From: a candidate division WWE3 bacterium
GTDB lineage: Bacteria > Patescibacteriota > WWE3 > 2-01-FULL-39-13
Length of the DNA stretch: 44,459 nucleotides
Assembly: GCA_943354835.1 (NCBI GenBank)
Contig: CALRDH010000001.1
Coordinates: 1-44,459 of the forward strand
Reading direction: 5' to 3'
Positions 17,275-27,788 of this stretch are shown in pieces. A model generated the notes under the pieces. The model was not told the DNA's origin. It did no database searches and saw nothing but the letters and a program-made list of their open reading frames with translations. Both the position numbers and the translations under genes were made by a program. The number at the start of each line of letters is the position of its first letter. Within the stretch, counting starts at the first letter, position 1.

Positions 17275-18024
17275 TTAGATGGTCAATATTTCAGCGCCAT
17301 TTTCAGTCAAAGCTACCGTATGCTCAAACATTCCACTTAATTTCCCGTCTTTTGTGGAGACTGTCCAACCGTCACTTCCAACTACAATTTTTGGATCTTT
17401 AATAGCATACATCACTTCAATTGCAAAAACCATACCGATTTTGAGCAATTGACCGGCACCTTTTGTCCCATAGCAAGGAATTAAGGGATCTTCATGAGCT
17501 TTAAGACCAACTCCGTGCCCTGTATATTCACGAATTACTGAATAACCTGCATTTTGCACCGTCGTTTGCATCGCATTTGATATATTTCCAACGCGAGAGC
17601 CGGCAACAAAACTTTTTATTGCTAAATTAAGTGCATATTCGCCGGTTTTTAGGAATTTGGATACAGTTGGGTCAACGTCCGTTCCTGGGACTACAACAGT
17701 CCAACAATGATCTACGTAATATTTGCCGTATTTAACGCCCAAATCAATCGATATAACGTCAGAAGCCTTTAAGACATACGAAGAAGGCATTCCGTGTACC
17801 CATCCATCATTTACAGCAATACACGTCGCATATGGATATTTGTCGATTTCTTTAAACCACGGACTTACGCCCAATTTGCGCATTTGTTCTTCTATAGAAT
17901 TGTTGATTTCCAAAGTTGAAACACCTGGGACCGCCATCCTTAAAGCATCATCCATAATTTTAGCGGAAAGCTTGCCTCCCTCTTTTAAATTTTTAATGTC
18001 CTCTTTTGATTTTATATATATCAT
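17275..18024 (-). CDS. map: Methionine aminopeptidase type I
   Basis: VHGMP, IDLG, GHGVG..HEDP, AIE, FEHTV. Confidence 0.95.
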   Translation of the reverse strand: MIYIKSKEDIKNLKEGGKLSAKIMDDALRMAVPGVSTLEINNSIEEQMRKLGVSPWFKEIDKYPYATCIAVNDGWVHGMPSSYVLKASDVISIDLGVKYGKYYVDHCWTVVVPGTDVDPTVSKFLKTGEYALNLAIKSFVAGSRVGNISNAMQTTVQNAGYSVIREYTGHGVGLKAHEDPLIPCYGTKGAGQLLKIGMVFAIEVMYAIKDPKIVVGSDGWTVSTKDGKLSGMFEHTVALTENGAEILTI

Positions 18025-18030
18025 TGGAAT

Positions 18031-18606
18031 TTATACTCCTAAAGCAAATTGGATATTTTGTTGAATTTCCTCTATCGTACGCTCCGCATCTATCTTTTTT
18101 AACACCCCAAGTGAGTTATATTCCGCGACTAAAGGCTCTGTTTCTTCATGATACAAAGATAATCTTTTCTTTACAGATTCAATTGATTCATCAATTCGCA
18201 TTTCAATTTTTGCTCTGTTTGAAATTCTTACTAAACATTCGGCTTCGCTTATTTCTAAATATATAACAGCCCTCAATTCCCAATTATTAATATTTAAATA
18301 GGATAAAAATGTTTTAAGTTGAGAATGATTCCTTGGATACCCATCTATAACAAAACCAGAAGACTCTTCTTTTTCAAATAAAGAAAACATAACATCGTTG
18401 ATAACATCATCTGGAACAAATTCACCACGTTTCCAAAATTCCGAAAGTTTTAAACCAATAGGATTTTCTTCACGTTCCAATTTTCTTAAATACTTACCAG
18501 AGGAAATGAATTTATAGCCTATGTAATCTGCTAGTAAACTTGCTTGAGTTGATTTACCGGAACCTTGTGGTCCCATTACTATTATAAAAGTCTTTCTTTT
18601 TGTCAT
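18031..18606 (-). CDS. adk: Adenylate kinase (short-lid type)
   Basis: GPQGSGKST, GEFVPD, DGYPR; position between secY and map. Confidence 0.9.
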   Translation of the reverse strand: MTKRKTFIIVMGPQGSGKSTQASLLADYIGYKFISSGKYLRKLEREENPIGLKLSEFWKRGEFVPDDVINDVMFSLFEKEESSGFVIDGYPRNHSQLKTFLSYLNINNWELRAVIYLEISEAECLVRISNRAKIEMRIDESIESVKKRLSLYHEETEPLVAEYNSLGVLKKIDAERTIEEIQQNIQFALGV

Positions 18607-18878
18607 AAACCAGGAATTCCTAAGTCGCCAAGTCTGCCACGCATTTTTTTTGCGACTTTCTTTTGTGATTCTTTTACAGCATTATTAAAAAGATTTTTCA
18701 AATCAGATCTTTCTTCTCCATTCTCTTTAACATACTCGACTGTTTGATCGCCCTTCATTGAGATTTCAAAATCGCCTACAAAAACTTGAACTAATATCTT
18801 TTCCATTTCTTTTTTCATTTGATCTGCTTGCTTTTTTAAAGCATAGAGATCTTTCATTTTTCCGAGTTGGTCAAACAT
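18603..18878 (-). CDS. YbaB/EbfC family nucleoid-associated protein
   Basis: N-terminal helix LKKQADQMKKE, beta segment ISMKGDQTV, FNNAV, ending LGIPGL. Confidence 0.75.
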   Translation of the reverse strand: MFDQLGKMKDLYALKKQADQMKKEMEKILVQVFVGDFEISMKGDQTVEYVKENGEERSDLKNLFNNAVKESQKKVAKKMRGRLGDLGIPGL

Positions 18879-18904
18879 TTTTTAACCTTTCAAAATTCCT
18901 TAAA

Positions 18905-20197
18905 CTATCTTGCAAAAGTCTCGTATTCACGACTAATTACTTGAGATTCAATTTGCTTAACTGTTTCCAATATTACCGAGACAACAATTAAAAGTCCAGT
19001 TCCACCAATGGCTAACGAATTAAGACCTGTAAGACTTTGAACTGTCGATGGCAAAATTGCAATTAAACCCAAAAAAACTCCGCCAGCAAAGGTTTGTCTT
19101 TTAATTATATATTTCAAGAATTCGATTGTTGATCTGCCAGGTCTTACACCAGGTATAAATCCTCCACCCTGTCTTATTTCGTCAGATATTTTTTGTGGGT
19201 TAAACGTAACTGACGTATAAAAATATGTAAAAACAAAAACTAATGAGAAATAAAATAAATTATAAAAAACAGAACTTGCTTGGAAATTAACTGATAGCCA
19301 AAGACCGATCGAGGATATAGCCGGATTTAGAGATCTTTGAAAATATCCTGCTAACGCTGATGGAATAAGGACTAATGATACTGCAAAGATAATTGGAATA
19401 ACTCCAGCTTGATTAATCTTAACTGGTATAAAACTTGAGCCTCCACTAACTGTTTTTCCTCCACGAATTTTGTTTGAATACTGAACTTCGACTTTACGAA
19501 AAGCCTCATTTATAAAAACAACAGAAGCAATAACAATAAAAGATATTAGTGAAAAAACAAGAATATTAAATATGCTCCCAATTTCAGCTATAGATAAAGA
19601 AGTTCCGACAGCACTTGGAATTCCTGCAACAATTCCAGCAAATATCAACACAGACATTCCTTGACCAACGCCATATTCGGTTATAAGTTCTCCGATCCAC
19701 ATTAAAAGGAAAGTCCCTGCTGTCATAATAATAATCATGGCCAAAAGCTTATCCGGTGACAGAGTCGGCAAAATGCTTACGCCTCCTAATGATTGTTTAT
19801 TTAATGTGAAATAAAGTCCATATGCTTGAACGATTGCAAACGGCAAAGTTAGTGCTTGCGTGTATTGATTTATTCTTTGACGTCCAAAATTTCCTTCTTT
19901 TGATAATTCCTCGAGTTGAGGTACGACCATTGTCAAAAGCTGAAGAACAATAGATGCGCTAATGTAAGGTCCAACTCCCATTGCTACAATAGAAAGATTA
20001 CTTAATCCTCCTCCGCTAAAAATATTTAAAAAGCTCAAAACACTACTTGAGCTGAAAAATGATTTAAGAGCTGTAGTATCTACCCCAGGGACTGGTATAT
20101 AAGCTAAAAATCTATATAAAGCTAAAATAATAAGTGTAAAAATTAGTTTTTTTCTAAGATCTGGAATTCGAATCGCTTTAAGCAGATAAGACGTCAT
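18905..20197 (-). CDS. secY: Preprotein translocase SecY
   Basis: IPVPG, MGVGPYISASI, AGVIPIIFA, FIPGVRPG, GGTGLLIVV. Confidence 0.97.
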   Translation of the reverse strand: MTSYLLKAIRIPDLRKKLIFTLIILALYRFLAYIPVPGVDTTALKSFFSSSSVLSFLNIFSGGGLSNLSIVAMGVGPYISASIVLQLLTMVVPQLEELSKEGNFGRQRINQYTQALTLPFAIVQAYGLYFTLNKQSLGGVSILPTLSPDKLLAMIIIMTAGTFLLMWIGELITEYGVGQGMSVLIFAGIVAGIPSAVGTSLSIAEIGSIFNILVFSLISFIVIASVVFINEAFRKVEVQYSNKIRGGKTVSGGSSFIPVKINQAGVIPIIFAVSLVLIPSALAGYFQRSLNPAISSIGLWLSVNFQASSVFYNLFYFSLVFVFTYFYTSVTFNPQKISDEIRQGGGFIPGVRPGRSTIEFLKYIIKRQTFAGGVFLGLIAILPSTVQSLTGLNSLAIGGTGLLIVVSVILETVKQIESQVISREYETFAR

Positions 20198-20215
20198 AGT
20201 AAAAGTATTCTACCA

Positions 20216-20674
20216 TTAAGAGGCACTTCCGCCTGAAGCTTTTATTTTTTCGATAGCCTTTTTTGAATATTGGAAATCCTTGAATTCTACTTTATTTGTA
20301 AAAACACCGGTTCCTAAAATTTTCACGAAATCAAATTTAGTCGTTTTTACAAAACCATTTGTCATTAGAACTTCAGGAGTAATAGTTTTTAAAGAATTTA
20401 CTCTATCATTTGCAGAGATTTCACCAAGATTCAATGATACGACAATCTTTTTTGCGTGATTAATAAAACCGCCGCGGTATGGCATTTTATGAACTAAAGG
20501 TGTTTGACCACCTTCAAACCATTGTTTTGTTTGGCCACCATTTCTTGCCTTTTGTCCTTTTGTACCTTTACCAGTTGTATGACCACCTTTTCCCGAGCCA
20601 ATTCCACGTCCAGCTCTTTTTGATGATTTATTATATCCATTTGCTTTTACGAGGTTTGATAAACTAATGTTCAT
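20216..20674 (-). CDS. rplO: 50S ribosomal protein L15
   Basis: GRGIGSGKG, FEGGQTPL, KILGTG. Confidence 0.96.
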   Translation of the reverse strand: MNISLSNLVKANGYNKSSKRAGRGIGSGKGGHTTGKGTKGQKARNGGQTKQWFEGGQTPLVHKMPYRGGFINHAKKIVVSLNLGEISANDRVNSLKTITPEVLMTNGFVKTTKFDFVKILGTGVFTNKVEFKDFQYSKKAIEKIKASGGSAS

Positions 20675-21153
20675 TCTGTGACCTCCTTTAGGTCTTGTGG
20701 CTTAGCTTTTATCAACTTTAAAGCCTTAATTATTGTATATGCATTACTAATCTGATTATTTGTTCCCATGATCTTTACTGAAATATTTTTAATACCAGCA
20801 AGCTCAAGAACCTGTCTTACAGTACCACCTGCAATAATTCCAGCTCCTAAAGGTGCTGGTTTCATAAATATAATTGCTGCACCATTTTTAATATAAAGTT
20901 CATGAGGAATGCTGCCGTTTTTTGTTATTGGAACTTCTATCATTGTTCTTCGTGCTTTATCTTTTGATTTTTTAATAGCAGTAAGATTTTCTTTTGATTT
21001 TGCAATCGCAACTCCTATTTTTCCGGCATGATCGCCTGATGCACTTAATGCTGAAAAGTGAAATGAAGATCCACCAGCTCTTTTTGTAGAAACGCGTCTA
21101 ATTTGTAAAACACGATCTTCAATTGTTGCGTGCTTAATTTCTTCTTTTTCCAT
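20671..21153 (-). CDS. rpsE: 30S ribosomal protein S5
   Basis: PAPLGAGIIAGG, VLELAGI; operon position. Confidence 0.95.
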   Translation of the reverse strand: MEKEEIKHATIEDRVLQIRRVSTKRAGGSSFHFSALSASGDHAGKIGVAIAKSKENLTAIKKSKDKARRTMIEVPITKNGSIPHELYIKNGAAIIFMKPAPLGAGIIAGGTVRQVLELAGIKNISVKIMGTNNQISNAYTIIKALKLIKAKPQDLKEVTE

Positions 21154-21158
21154 AATAA

Positions 21159-21509
21159 TTAAAATATAATTCCAGAACTTCTTAAACCTTCGGCAACTTT
21201 GCTAACTCTACCATGATATCTATATGAACCACGATCAAAAACAGCCTTTTCTACACTTAATTTTTTTAATGATTCACCAAGTTTTTTCCCTGCTTCTAGT
21301 GCTAAATTCAATTTCGTTTTTACTTCAACTTCACTTTTTAACATTTTTGATGCACAGCTCGCAATTGTATTTGAAGAAACATCATCAATAGCTTGTGCGT
21401 AAATAAATTTATTAGATCTAAATACACTAATTCTTGGAATAACTGATGTTCCATTTATTTTGCTTCTTACTTTAAATTTTCGTCTTTCTTTTGCGCTTTT
21501 AATTATCAT
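21159..21509 (-). CDS. rplR: 50S ribosomal protein L18
   Basis: PRISVFRSN, FDRGSYRYHGRV. Confidence 0.96.
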   Translation of the reverse strand: MIIKSAKERRKFKVRSKINGTSVIPRISVFRSNKFIYAQAIDDVSSNTIASCASKMLKSEVEVKTKLNLALEAGKKLGESLKKLSVEKAVFDRGSYRYHGRVSKVAEGLRSSGIIF

Positions 21510-21522
21510 TTTAAACTTTCAA

Positions 21523-22065
21523 TTATGCCTTTGAGGCCTTACCTTGCTTACGCTTAATTATTTCACCTCGATATTTAATACCTTTACCTTTGTATGGTTC
21601 TGGCTTTCTTATTGCACGTATATTTGCTGCAGTCTGCCCTACCATATGCTTGCTTGCTCCACTAACCTTAACTACAGTATTACCTTCAATTTCTAATAAA
21701 ATGCCCTCTGGAGCATTAAAATCAACCGAATGTGAATATCCTACAAAAAACCTTAAATTGTTACCAATCTTTTCAACTCTATAACCGACGCCAACAATTT
21801 CTAGAATTTTTGTAAAACCTTCACTAACACCTGTAACTGCATTATTTATTAAAGATCTAACAAGTCCCCAATAAGCGCTACCATTAAATAAATCTTTTGA
21901 TGATAATTCAACAAAGATATTTGAATCTACATTACTAACTAATATTCCAGGAATCTGTGAAACTTCAACAGAACCCTTTACTCCAGTTACTTTAATCAAA
22001 GCATCACTTATTTGTACGTCAACTCCTGCTGGAATTTTTACTGGAACTTTTCCTATTTTGCTCAT
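21523..22065 (-). CDS. rplF: 50S ribosomal protein L6
   Basis: Start MSKIGKVPV at 22065; GVGYR, RKPEPYKGKGI. Confidence 0.96.
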   Translation of the reverse strand: MSKIGKVPVKIPAGVDVQISDALIKVTGVKGSVEVSQIPGILVSNVDSNIFVELSSKDLFNGSAYWGLVRSLINNAVTGVSEGFTKILEIVGVGYRVEKIGNNLRFFVGYSHSVDFNAPEGILLEIEGNTVVKVSGASKHMVGQTAANIRAIRKPEPYKGKGIKYRGEIIKRKQGKASKA

Positions 22066-22069
22066 GATA

Positions 22070-22471
22070 TTAATAGAACCTACAAATAACTTCACCACCT
22101 AGGTGTTTTTTTCTTGCTTCATTCGCCGTCATAACACCACGAGAAGTTGAAATAACTTCTACACCTAAACCACCTATAACTGGTTTCAAATCTTTTGCAC
22201 TAAAATATTTTCTCAAACTTGATTTTGAAACTCTTTCTATCTTACTTATAGCTGGTTCCATTAAATCATCGTACTTCAAAGAAATGCTTAAATTTTTAAA
22301 TTTGCTTTCTTTTACTTTGTATACTTTTACATTCAAAGCAAAACCAGACTCAACAATTATTTTTGCGATTTCTTCTTTTAAATTAGAATGTGGCATTTCA
22401 ACAACTTCAGCTTTTCTTGCTTGTCCATTTCTAATTCTTGTTAACATGTCTGATATAGCGTCTGTATTCAT
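22070..22471 (-). CDS. rpsH: 30S ribosomal protein S8
   Basis: DAISDMLTRIRN, STSRGVM, GGEVIC. Confidence 0.97.
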   Translation of the reverse strand: MNTDAISDMLTRIRNGQARKAEVVEMPHSNLKEEIAKIIVESGFALNVKVYKVKESKFKNLSISLKYDDLMEPAISKIERVSKSSLRKYFSAKDLKPVIGGLGVEVISTSRGVMTANEARKKHLGGEVICRFY

Positions 22472-22480
22472 ATTATTTAT

Positions 22481-22666
22481 TTACCAACTTGCCTTTCTTA
22501 CTCCAGGCAAAAAACCTTCATGTGCCAGTTCTCTAAAACAAACACGACATAACTTAAAAGTTTGCATGTATCCTCTTGCACGACCGCACTTAAGACATCT
22601 GTTATATTCTCTTACTTTAAATTTCTTTGCTTTTTTCCATCTTTCGATTAAACCTTTTCGTGACAT
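22481..22666 (-). CDS. rpsN: 30S ribosomal protein S14 (zinc type)
   Basis: [23 protein letters not shown]. Confidence 0.96.
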   Translation of the reverse strand: MSRKGLIERWKKAKKFKVREYNRCLKCGRARGYMQTFKLCRVCFRELAHEGFLPGVRKASW

Positions 22667-22667
22667 T

Positions 22668-23210
22668 TTATTTTCCTTCTCTAAACGGCATATTCAAAGC
22701 CGACAACAACTTGAAACCCAACTCATCAGTTTTCGCAGAGGTATTTATTGTGACCTGCAAAGGCTTATTATACACGATTCTATTAGGATCGATCTCGGAA
22801 AAAACAACTTGTTCTGTAATACCCAAACTGTAGTTACCAGCTCCATCAAAAGATTCCTTTGAAACGCCTCTAAAATCTTTAACTCGAGGAAGCGCGATTT
22901 TTACAAATTTTTCATAAAAATCCCACATTCGATTTCCTCTTAGCGTTACTGTTAATCCAGCAATTTGACCTTTTCTAATCTTAAAGTTAGAAATTGAAGC
23001 TTTTGATTTTCTTTCTGATGGCTTTAGTCCACTTATAATTTCAAGCTCTGTTACGGCTTCTTTTAAAAATGCCTTATTGTCTTTATTACTTCCAACTCCC
23101 ATATTTATAATTATTTTTTTAATTTGAGGAACAGCTTCGATAGAGCCAACTCCTAAAGCTTTCTTTAAATCAGGTCTTATTTTATTGTGAAAATCTTCTT
23201 TTAGTGACAT
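22668..23210 (-). CDS. rplE: 50S ribosomal protein L5
   Basis: [31 protein letters not shown]. Confidence 0.97.
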   Translation of the reverse strand: MSLKEDFHNKIRPDLKKALGVGSIEAVPQIKKIIINMGVGSNKDNKAFLKEAVTELEIISGLKPSERKSKASISNFKIRKGQIAGLTVTLRGNRMWDFYEKFVKIALPRVKDFRGVSKESFDGAGNYSLGITEQVVFSEIDPNRIVYNKPLQVTINTSAKTDELGFKLLSALNMPFREGK

Positions 23211-23211
23211 T

Positions 23212-23514
23212 TTAAATTACCTCGTTACACTTTTTACAAACTCTGAACTTTTTACCATCAACTAACTTATAACCAACTCGAACCGACTTTGAACATTTCG
23301 GACAAATTACCATTGCGTTTGTAGCATTGATAGGTCGATTTATTTTAACGATACCTCCGGCATTATTTGCGGTTGGTTTCGTGTGTTTGGTTACTATATT
23401 AACATTTTCTACTAAAATCTTGTTCTTATCTTTGAAAACCTTTTGTACTACTGACTGTGTCCCTTTTTGCTTTCCTGATATTATTTTTACTTTATCGCCT
23501 TTATGAATTTTCAT
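23212..23514 (-). CDS. rplX: 50S ribosomal protein L24
   Basis: KIHKGDKVKIISGK; C-terminal CPKC/CKKC. Confidence 0.95.
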   Translation of the reverse strand: MKIHKGDKVKIISGKQKGTQSVVQKVFKDKNKILVENVNIVTKHTKPTANNAGGIVKINRPINATNAMVICPKCSKSVRVGYKLVDGKKFRVCKKCNEVI

Positions 23515-23519
23515 ACCGT

Positions 23520-23891
23520 TTACCAGACTTCTGGTGCCAAAGAAACTATTTTACTAAAACCTAAATCGCGAAGTTCACGAGCCACTGGGCCAAAAATTCT
23601 CGTTCCACGAGGATTTTTGGCTTTATCTATAATAACACCTGAATTATCATCAAATCTTATGTAGCTTCCATCTGGTCGTCTTATTTCTTTCCTAGTTCTG
23701 ACTATTACAGCACTTACTACTTCATGATCTTTTACATTCGTTCCAACGCCTGTCGTTCCTCTTACGGAGCATGTAACTACATCTCCAACACCAGCAAATC
23801 TTCTAATTGAAAATCCTGGAATTCCAACTACGTTTAAAGCTTTGGCTCCTGAATTATCTGCCGTATTTAACATTGTTCCTATTTGTATCAT
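23520..23891 (-). CDS. rplN: 50S ribosomal protein L14
   Basis: [29 protein letters not shown]. Confidence 0.97.
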   Translation of the reverse strand: MIQIGTMLNTADNSGAKALNVVGIPGFSIRRFAGVGDVVTCSVRGTTGVGTNVKDHEVVSAVIVRTRKEIRRPDGSYIRFDDNSGVIIDKAKNPRGTRIFGPVARELRDLGFSKIVSLAPEVW

Positions 23892-24151
23892 TTTTTCTCC
23901 TTAGTAATCTTCTTTTCTTCTGGTGTAAAAACAACCCAATTCTTTGTTTTACTTATTGGAGCACATTCCATTATCTGAACTAAGTCACCTTCTTTAAATT
24001 TTGAAACATCTTCACAATGTACTTTGAAATTACTATGAAAAACAAATCTTTTATTGTATCTTTCATGCTTTTTTGAAAATTCAACCTTTACTGTCAAAGT
24101 TTTTGACATTTTAGATGAAACAACATGACCTTTTAAAATTTTTCCGCTCAT
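23888..24151 (-). CDS. rpsQ: 30S ribosomal protein S17
   Basis: [23 protein letters not shown]. Confidence 0.95.
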   Translation of the reverse strand: MSGKILKGHVVSSKMSKTLTVKVEFSKKHERYNKRFVFHSNFKVHCEDVSKFKEGDLVQIMECAPISKTKNWVVFTPEEKKITKEKK

Positions 24152-24345
24152 TTTAAAACCTCCTTTTCTTTCATTAATGTTTGTAATTTAGCTATATGTT
24201 TTTTTGCTTTTCCAAATAAAGTTGTATCTTTGTCTTTAGTTGATGATCTATTCAATTTTTTATCCATCAACTTTGTACGGGCCTCTGACAATGCCGCTTT
24301 AAGTTTTTCCATATCTAGTTTTCTAAGATCATCAATTTTTTCCAT
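24148..24345 (-). CDS. rpmC: 50S ribosomal protein L29
   Basis: Size, helical pattern ending KKHIAKLQT, position between rplP and rpsQ. Confidence 0.88.
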   Translation of the reverse strand: MEKIDDLRKLDMEKLKAALSEARTKLMDKKLNRSSTKDKDTTLFGKAKKHIAKLQTLMKEKEVLK

Positions 24346-24349
24346 AATA

Positions 24350-24757
24350 TTATTCTTTACTAATAAATTTAGTTTTCATAGGAAGCTTTTCGGCTGCAAG
24401 TCTAAAAGCTTCTTTTGCAATTACTGATTCTAATCCTGAAAGTTCAAATAAAATTTTTCCAGGTTTTATAACAGCAACATAGTGATCAACAGAACCTTTT
24501 CCTTTTCCCATTCTAACTGCCAATGGCTTTACAGTTATTGGCTTAGCTGGAAACATTCTTATCCAAACTTTTCCGCCACGTTTTGTCGCTCCTGCAATTG
24601 CCTTTCTTGCAGATTCAATTTGTCTGCTTGTTAAAAAACCTCGATCCATAGCTTTTAATCCGAATTCACCAAAATCCAAAGTATTACCTCGTTGACTCAA
24701 TCCCCTGTTTTTATCTCGCATCCCTTTTCTATATTTTGTTCGTTTAGGTATCAACAT
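24350..24757 (-). CDS. rplP: 50S ribosomal protein L16
   Basis: [23 protein letters not shown]. Confidence 0.97.
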   Translation of the reverse strand: MLIPKRTKYRKGMRDKNRGLSQRGNTLDFGEFGLKAMDRGFLTSRQIESARKAIAGATKRGGKVWIRMFPAKPITVKPLAVRMGKGKGSVDHYVAVIKPGKILFELSGLESVIAKEAFRLAAEKLPMKTKFISKE

Positions 24758-24763
24758 AATCTT

Positions 24764-25405
24764 TTAAGAAACTTTTTCGTTAACTTCTCCCTTGTATATC
24801 CAAACTTTAATTCCAATTGTGCCACCCCTTGTATATGAAATAGCACGTGCAAAGTCGATATCAGCTCTTATTGTTTGAGTTGGAACAGCTCCACGACTAA
24901 CAACTTCTTCAGTAGCAATTGAGTTAGGTCCGTGAATTGTGCCTCTCATTTGTATCTTTACTCCTTTAACTCCTGCATCAAGCGCTTTATCTGCTGCTGT
25001 ATTTATAGCTCTTCTTGCATGAACACGTCGTTCTAATTGCATTGCGATAAATTCAGCTACAATCTTTGCATCAGCCTCTGGCTTTGTAACTTCTTCAACC
25101 TGTAAATCAATATCCGATGATGTAATTTTTTTAATGCCTTCTCTAATTATTGCAAGCCCAGAACCTTTTCTACCAATAACAACACCTGGTTTTGAAACCT
25201 TAATTAACAATTTAACTGCCTTAATCGATCTTTCAATAATCACAGCAGAAAGCCCTGCCGGTCTTAAAGCTTTACCTAAATAGTGTCTGATTTTGTAATC
25301 CTCGATGACACTATCAGCATATCTAGCGCCCTCAGCAAACCAGATTGATTTCCAAGGTTTTGTTACGCCAACTCTTAAGCCTGTAGGATTAATTTTTCGA
25401 CTCAT
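24764..25405 (-). CDS. rpsC: 30S ribosomal protein S3
   Basis: KINPTGLR, PGVVIGRKG, RADID, GIKVWIYKG. Confidence 0.96.
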   Translation of the reverse strand: MSRKINPTGLRVGVTKPWKSIWFAEGARYADSVIEDYKIRHYLGKALRPAGLSAVIIERSIKAVKLLIKVSKPGVVIGRKGSGLAIIREGIKKITSSDIDLQVEEVTKPEADAKIVAEFIAMQLERRVHARRAINTAADKALDAGVKGVKIQMRGTIHGPNSIATEEVVSRGAVPTQTIRADIDFARAISYTRGGTIGIKVWIYKGEVNEKVS

Positions 25406-25751
25406 TTTTTATATCTAATAAAATAGTTACATTGCTAGTTCTTCTTAAGATAGGATTCATGCTACCTTTTCCTCTGTATCTTCTCCACTTTCTTGATCTT
25501 CCTTGACCAACAAGAACATCCTTTATATACAAATCTTGACTATCAAGTTTGAAATTCGATGCGCCGTTAGCAATTGCAGACTTTACAATGTGGTAAATGA
25601 TACCAGAAGCCTTCTTTTGATTAAAGTGCAAAAATGCTAAAGCATCTGAAACTTTCTTCCCTTTAATGTATCTTGCGATAGGCATTATCTTAGTAGATGA
25701 AAGATCTATGCCTGCGTGTTTACTTTTTATTACCATCGGTTTTTCTTGCAT
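25389..25751 (-). CDS. rplV: 50S ribosomal protein L22
   Basis: KSAIAN, RRTSNVT; operon position. Confidence 0.92.
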   Translation of the reverse strand: MQEKPMVIKSKHAGIDLSSTKIMPIARYIKGKKVSDALAFLHFNQKKASGIIYHIVKSAIANGASNFKLDSQDLYIKDVLVGQGRSRKWRRYRGKGSMNPILRRTSNVTILLDIKNESKN

Positions 25752-25779
25752 AATTTAATAAAAATATTATTTCCTAATA

Positions 25780-26049
25780 TCAAGCACCTTTCTTCTTTGC
25801 ATGAGCTCTAAATGTTCTTGTTAAAGAAAACTCACCAAGTTTATGACCAACCATAGATTCATTAACAAATACTGGCAAATGTTTTTTACCGTTATGAACA
25901 TCGAATGTCATTCCAACCATTTCAGGAGTAATACTAGATGCTCTTGCCCAAGTCTTTATAGATTTCGTATCTCGTTCATTTTTTGCCTTCATGACTTTTT
26001 TCATAAGTTTTTCATTGACAAATGGACCTTTTTTAGATGACCTAGACAT
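25780..26049 (-). CDS. rpsS: 30S ribosomal protein S19
   Basis: [23 protein letters not shown]. Confidence 0.97.
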   Translation of the reverse strand: MSRSSKKGPFVNEKLMKKVMKAKNERDTKSIKTWARASSITPEMVGMTFDVHNGKKHLPVFVNESMVGHKLGEFSLTRTFRAHAKKKGA

Positions 26050-26050
26050 A

Positions 26051-26878
26051 TTACTTCGCAGACCTCCTAGATTTAACTATAAACTTATCTGTATGCTTTC
26101 TATTTCTTGTTTTTCCACCTTTGGCGAGATTGCCCCATTTATCAACAGGTTGTCGTCCTATTCTTCTACTATATGAACCTCCGTGTGGGTGACCATCTGA
26201 ACGAGCTTTACCTCTAGTTTTTGGCCTTTGTCCCATGTGGAACGCTCTTCCAGCCTTACCAATTGAAACCAATTTGTGCTCCTCGTTTCCAACCTGACCT
26301 ATCGTACCATAACAATCGCCTAAAAACTTCTTTATTTCGCCGCTAGGAAGCTTAATATCTACATATTTGCCTTCCTTTGCTGTAACATAAGCAGCAGTTC
26401 CAGCACCACGAATAAATTTTCCACCAGCTTTTGGATACATTTCTAAATTATGAACTGGAACACCAACCGGGATTTGTCTTAATGGTAACGCGTTACCAGT
26501 AAGTATATCCACACTTTCGCCTGATATAACTTTACTTCCAATTTTTAAACCAATTGGCGCCAAAATGTATCTTCTATCACCGTCTACGTATAAAACGAGA
26601 GCGATGTCACATGATCTATTTGGATCATGTTCAAGTGACTCAACAGTTCCTTCAATTCCGTATTTACTTCTTTTAAAATCAATAATTCTATATCTTTTTT
26701 TAGCGCCTCTATGTCTACATTGAACGCTGATTCTTCCGGCTGATCTTCCAACAGGGCCTTTTGACGCAACTGTTAGTTTCTTTCTGACAGCTCTTGATGA
26801 TTTAGTAGATTCATTTCCACTTTTTAAATATGTCTGGGCTCTTCTGCCTGGACTTGTTGGTCTTACTTGTTTGATCAC
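26051..26878 (-). CDS. rplB: 50S ribosomal protein L2
   Basis: [31 protein letters not shown]; GTG start. Confidence 0.96.
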   Translation of the reverse strand: MIKQVRPTSPGRRAQTYLKSGNESTKSSRAVRKKLTVASKGPVGRSAGRISVQCRHRGAKKRYRIIDFKRSKYGIEGTVESLEHDPNRSCDIALVLYVDGDRRYILAPIGLKIGSKVISGESVDILTGNALPLRQIPVGVPVHNLEMYPKAGGKFIRGAGTAAYVTAKEGKYVDIKLPSGEIKKFLGDCYGTIGQVGNEEHKLVSIGKAGRAFHMGQRPKTRGKARSDGHPHGGSYSRRIGRQPVDKWGNLAKGGKTRNRKHTDKFIVKSRRSAK

Positions 26879-27177
26879 TTTGTACCTCCGTCATAAAATT
26901 TCAATACATCTTTAGGATCTAATTGAACTATCGCTTTCTTCGAATCGGCTGTTGTAAATTCTACTCTATTTTTAACCATACTGTGCTTTACTTTTCCCTT
27001 ATTCTTAAGTGTATTTACAGATATAACTTTTACTTTATACAAAGATTCAACAGCATCCTTAACTTGACCCTTTGTAGCTGTATCAGTTACTAAAAAAGTA
27101 TATTTATTACCCTTTTTGACATCGGTTGAACCTTTTTCAGTGATCACAACAGATTTTAATATCTTTGAATAATTCAT
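26875..27177 (-). CDS. rplW: 50S ribosomal protein L23
   Basis: ITEK, YTF, VNT, KKAIV. Confidence 0.95.
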   Translation of the reverse strand: MNYSKILKSVVITEKGSTDVKKGNKYTFLVTDTATKGQVKDAVESLYKVKVISVNTLKNKGKVKHSMVKNRVEFTTADSKKAIVQLDPKDVLKFYDGGTK

Positions 27178-27788
27178 GATAATCTCCCATTTAAAGCCTC
27201 TATAGACTTTTCCTCAAACAAAATGCTTTTAGCTTTAAACACATCAAATACGTTTAGATTTTCAATACTTTTGACATCAACGAACGGCAAATTCCTAAAT
27301 GACTTGAACAATATGTCGTCGTTATTATGAACAACTAATATTTGTTTATCATTTCCAGTACTCATTAAAAATTTCATTGAATTTTTTGTGGAAGGTTTTT
27401 TGTCATCATATGAAAAAGCACAAACATCGCCTGCTTTTACTTTTGCATATACGGAATGAAGAAATGCAAGCTTCCTCATTTTCTTTGACATATCAAGAGT
27501 CCAGTCTCTTGGGCTTGGTCCATGAGTAACTCCGCCGCCTCTCCATAAAGGAGATCTATTTGAACCAACTCTTGCACGCCCAGTACCTTTTTGTCTCCAA
27601 GGCTTTTTACCGCCTCCACTAACTTCGCCCTTATTTTTGATTTTTACTGTTCCCTGTCTTTGACTAGAAAGGAACGCTCTTAAATATTGAGAAATCAAAT
27701 CCAAATTTACAACTTTGACTTTATCAATGCTTGCAATCTCAATATCTCCGTTTTCTATTCCGCTATATTTAAAAAGTTTAATTTTCAT
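27174..27788 (-). CDS. rplD: 50S ribosomal protein L4
   Basis: EVSGGGKKPWRQKGTGRAR, PLWRGGG. Confidence 0.96.
   Translation of the reverse strand: MKIKLFKYSGIENGDIEIASIDKVKVVNLDLISQYLRAFLSSQRQGTVKIKNKGEVSGGGKKPWRQKGTGRARVGSNRSPLWRGGGVTHGPSPRDWTLDMSKKMRKLAFLHSVYAKVKAGDVCAFSYDDKKPSTKNSMKFLMSTGNDKQILVVHNNDDILFKSFRNLPFVDVKSIENLNVFDVFKAKSILFEEKSIEALNGRLS

Noticed and set aside
20671-20674. Absence of rpmD (L30) between rpsE and rplO
   Set aside because: Real, but an established CPR trait; used only as a taxonomic hint
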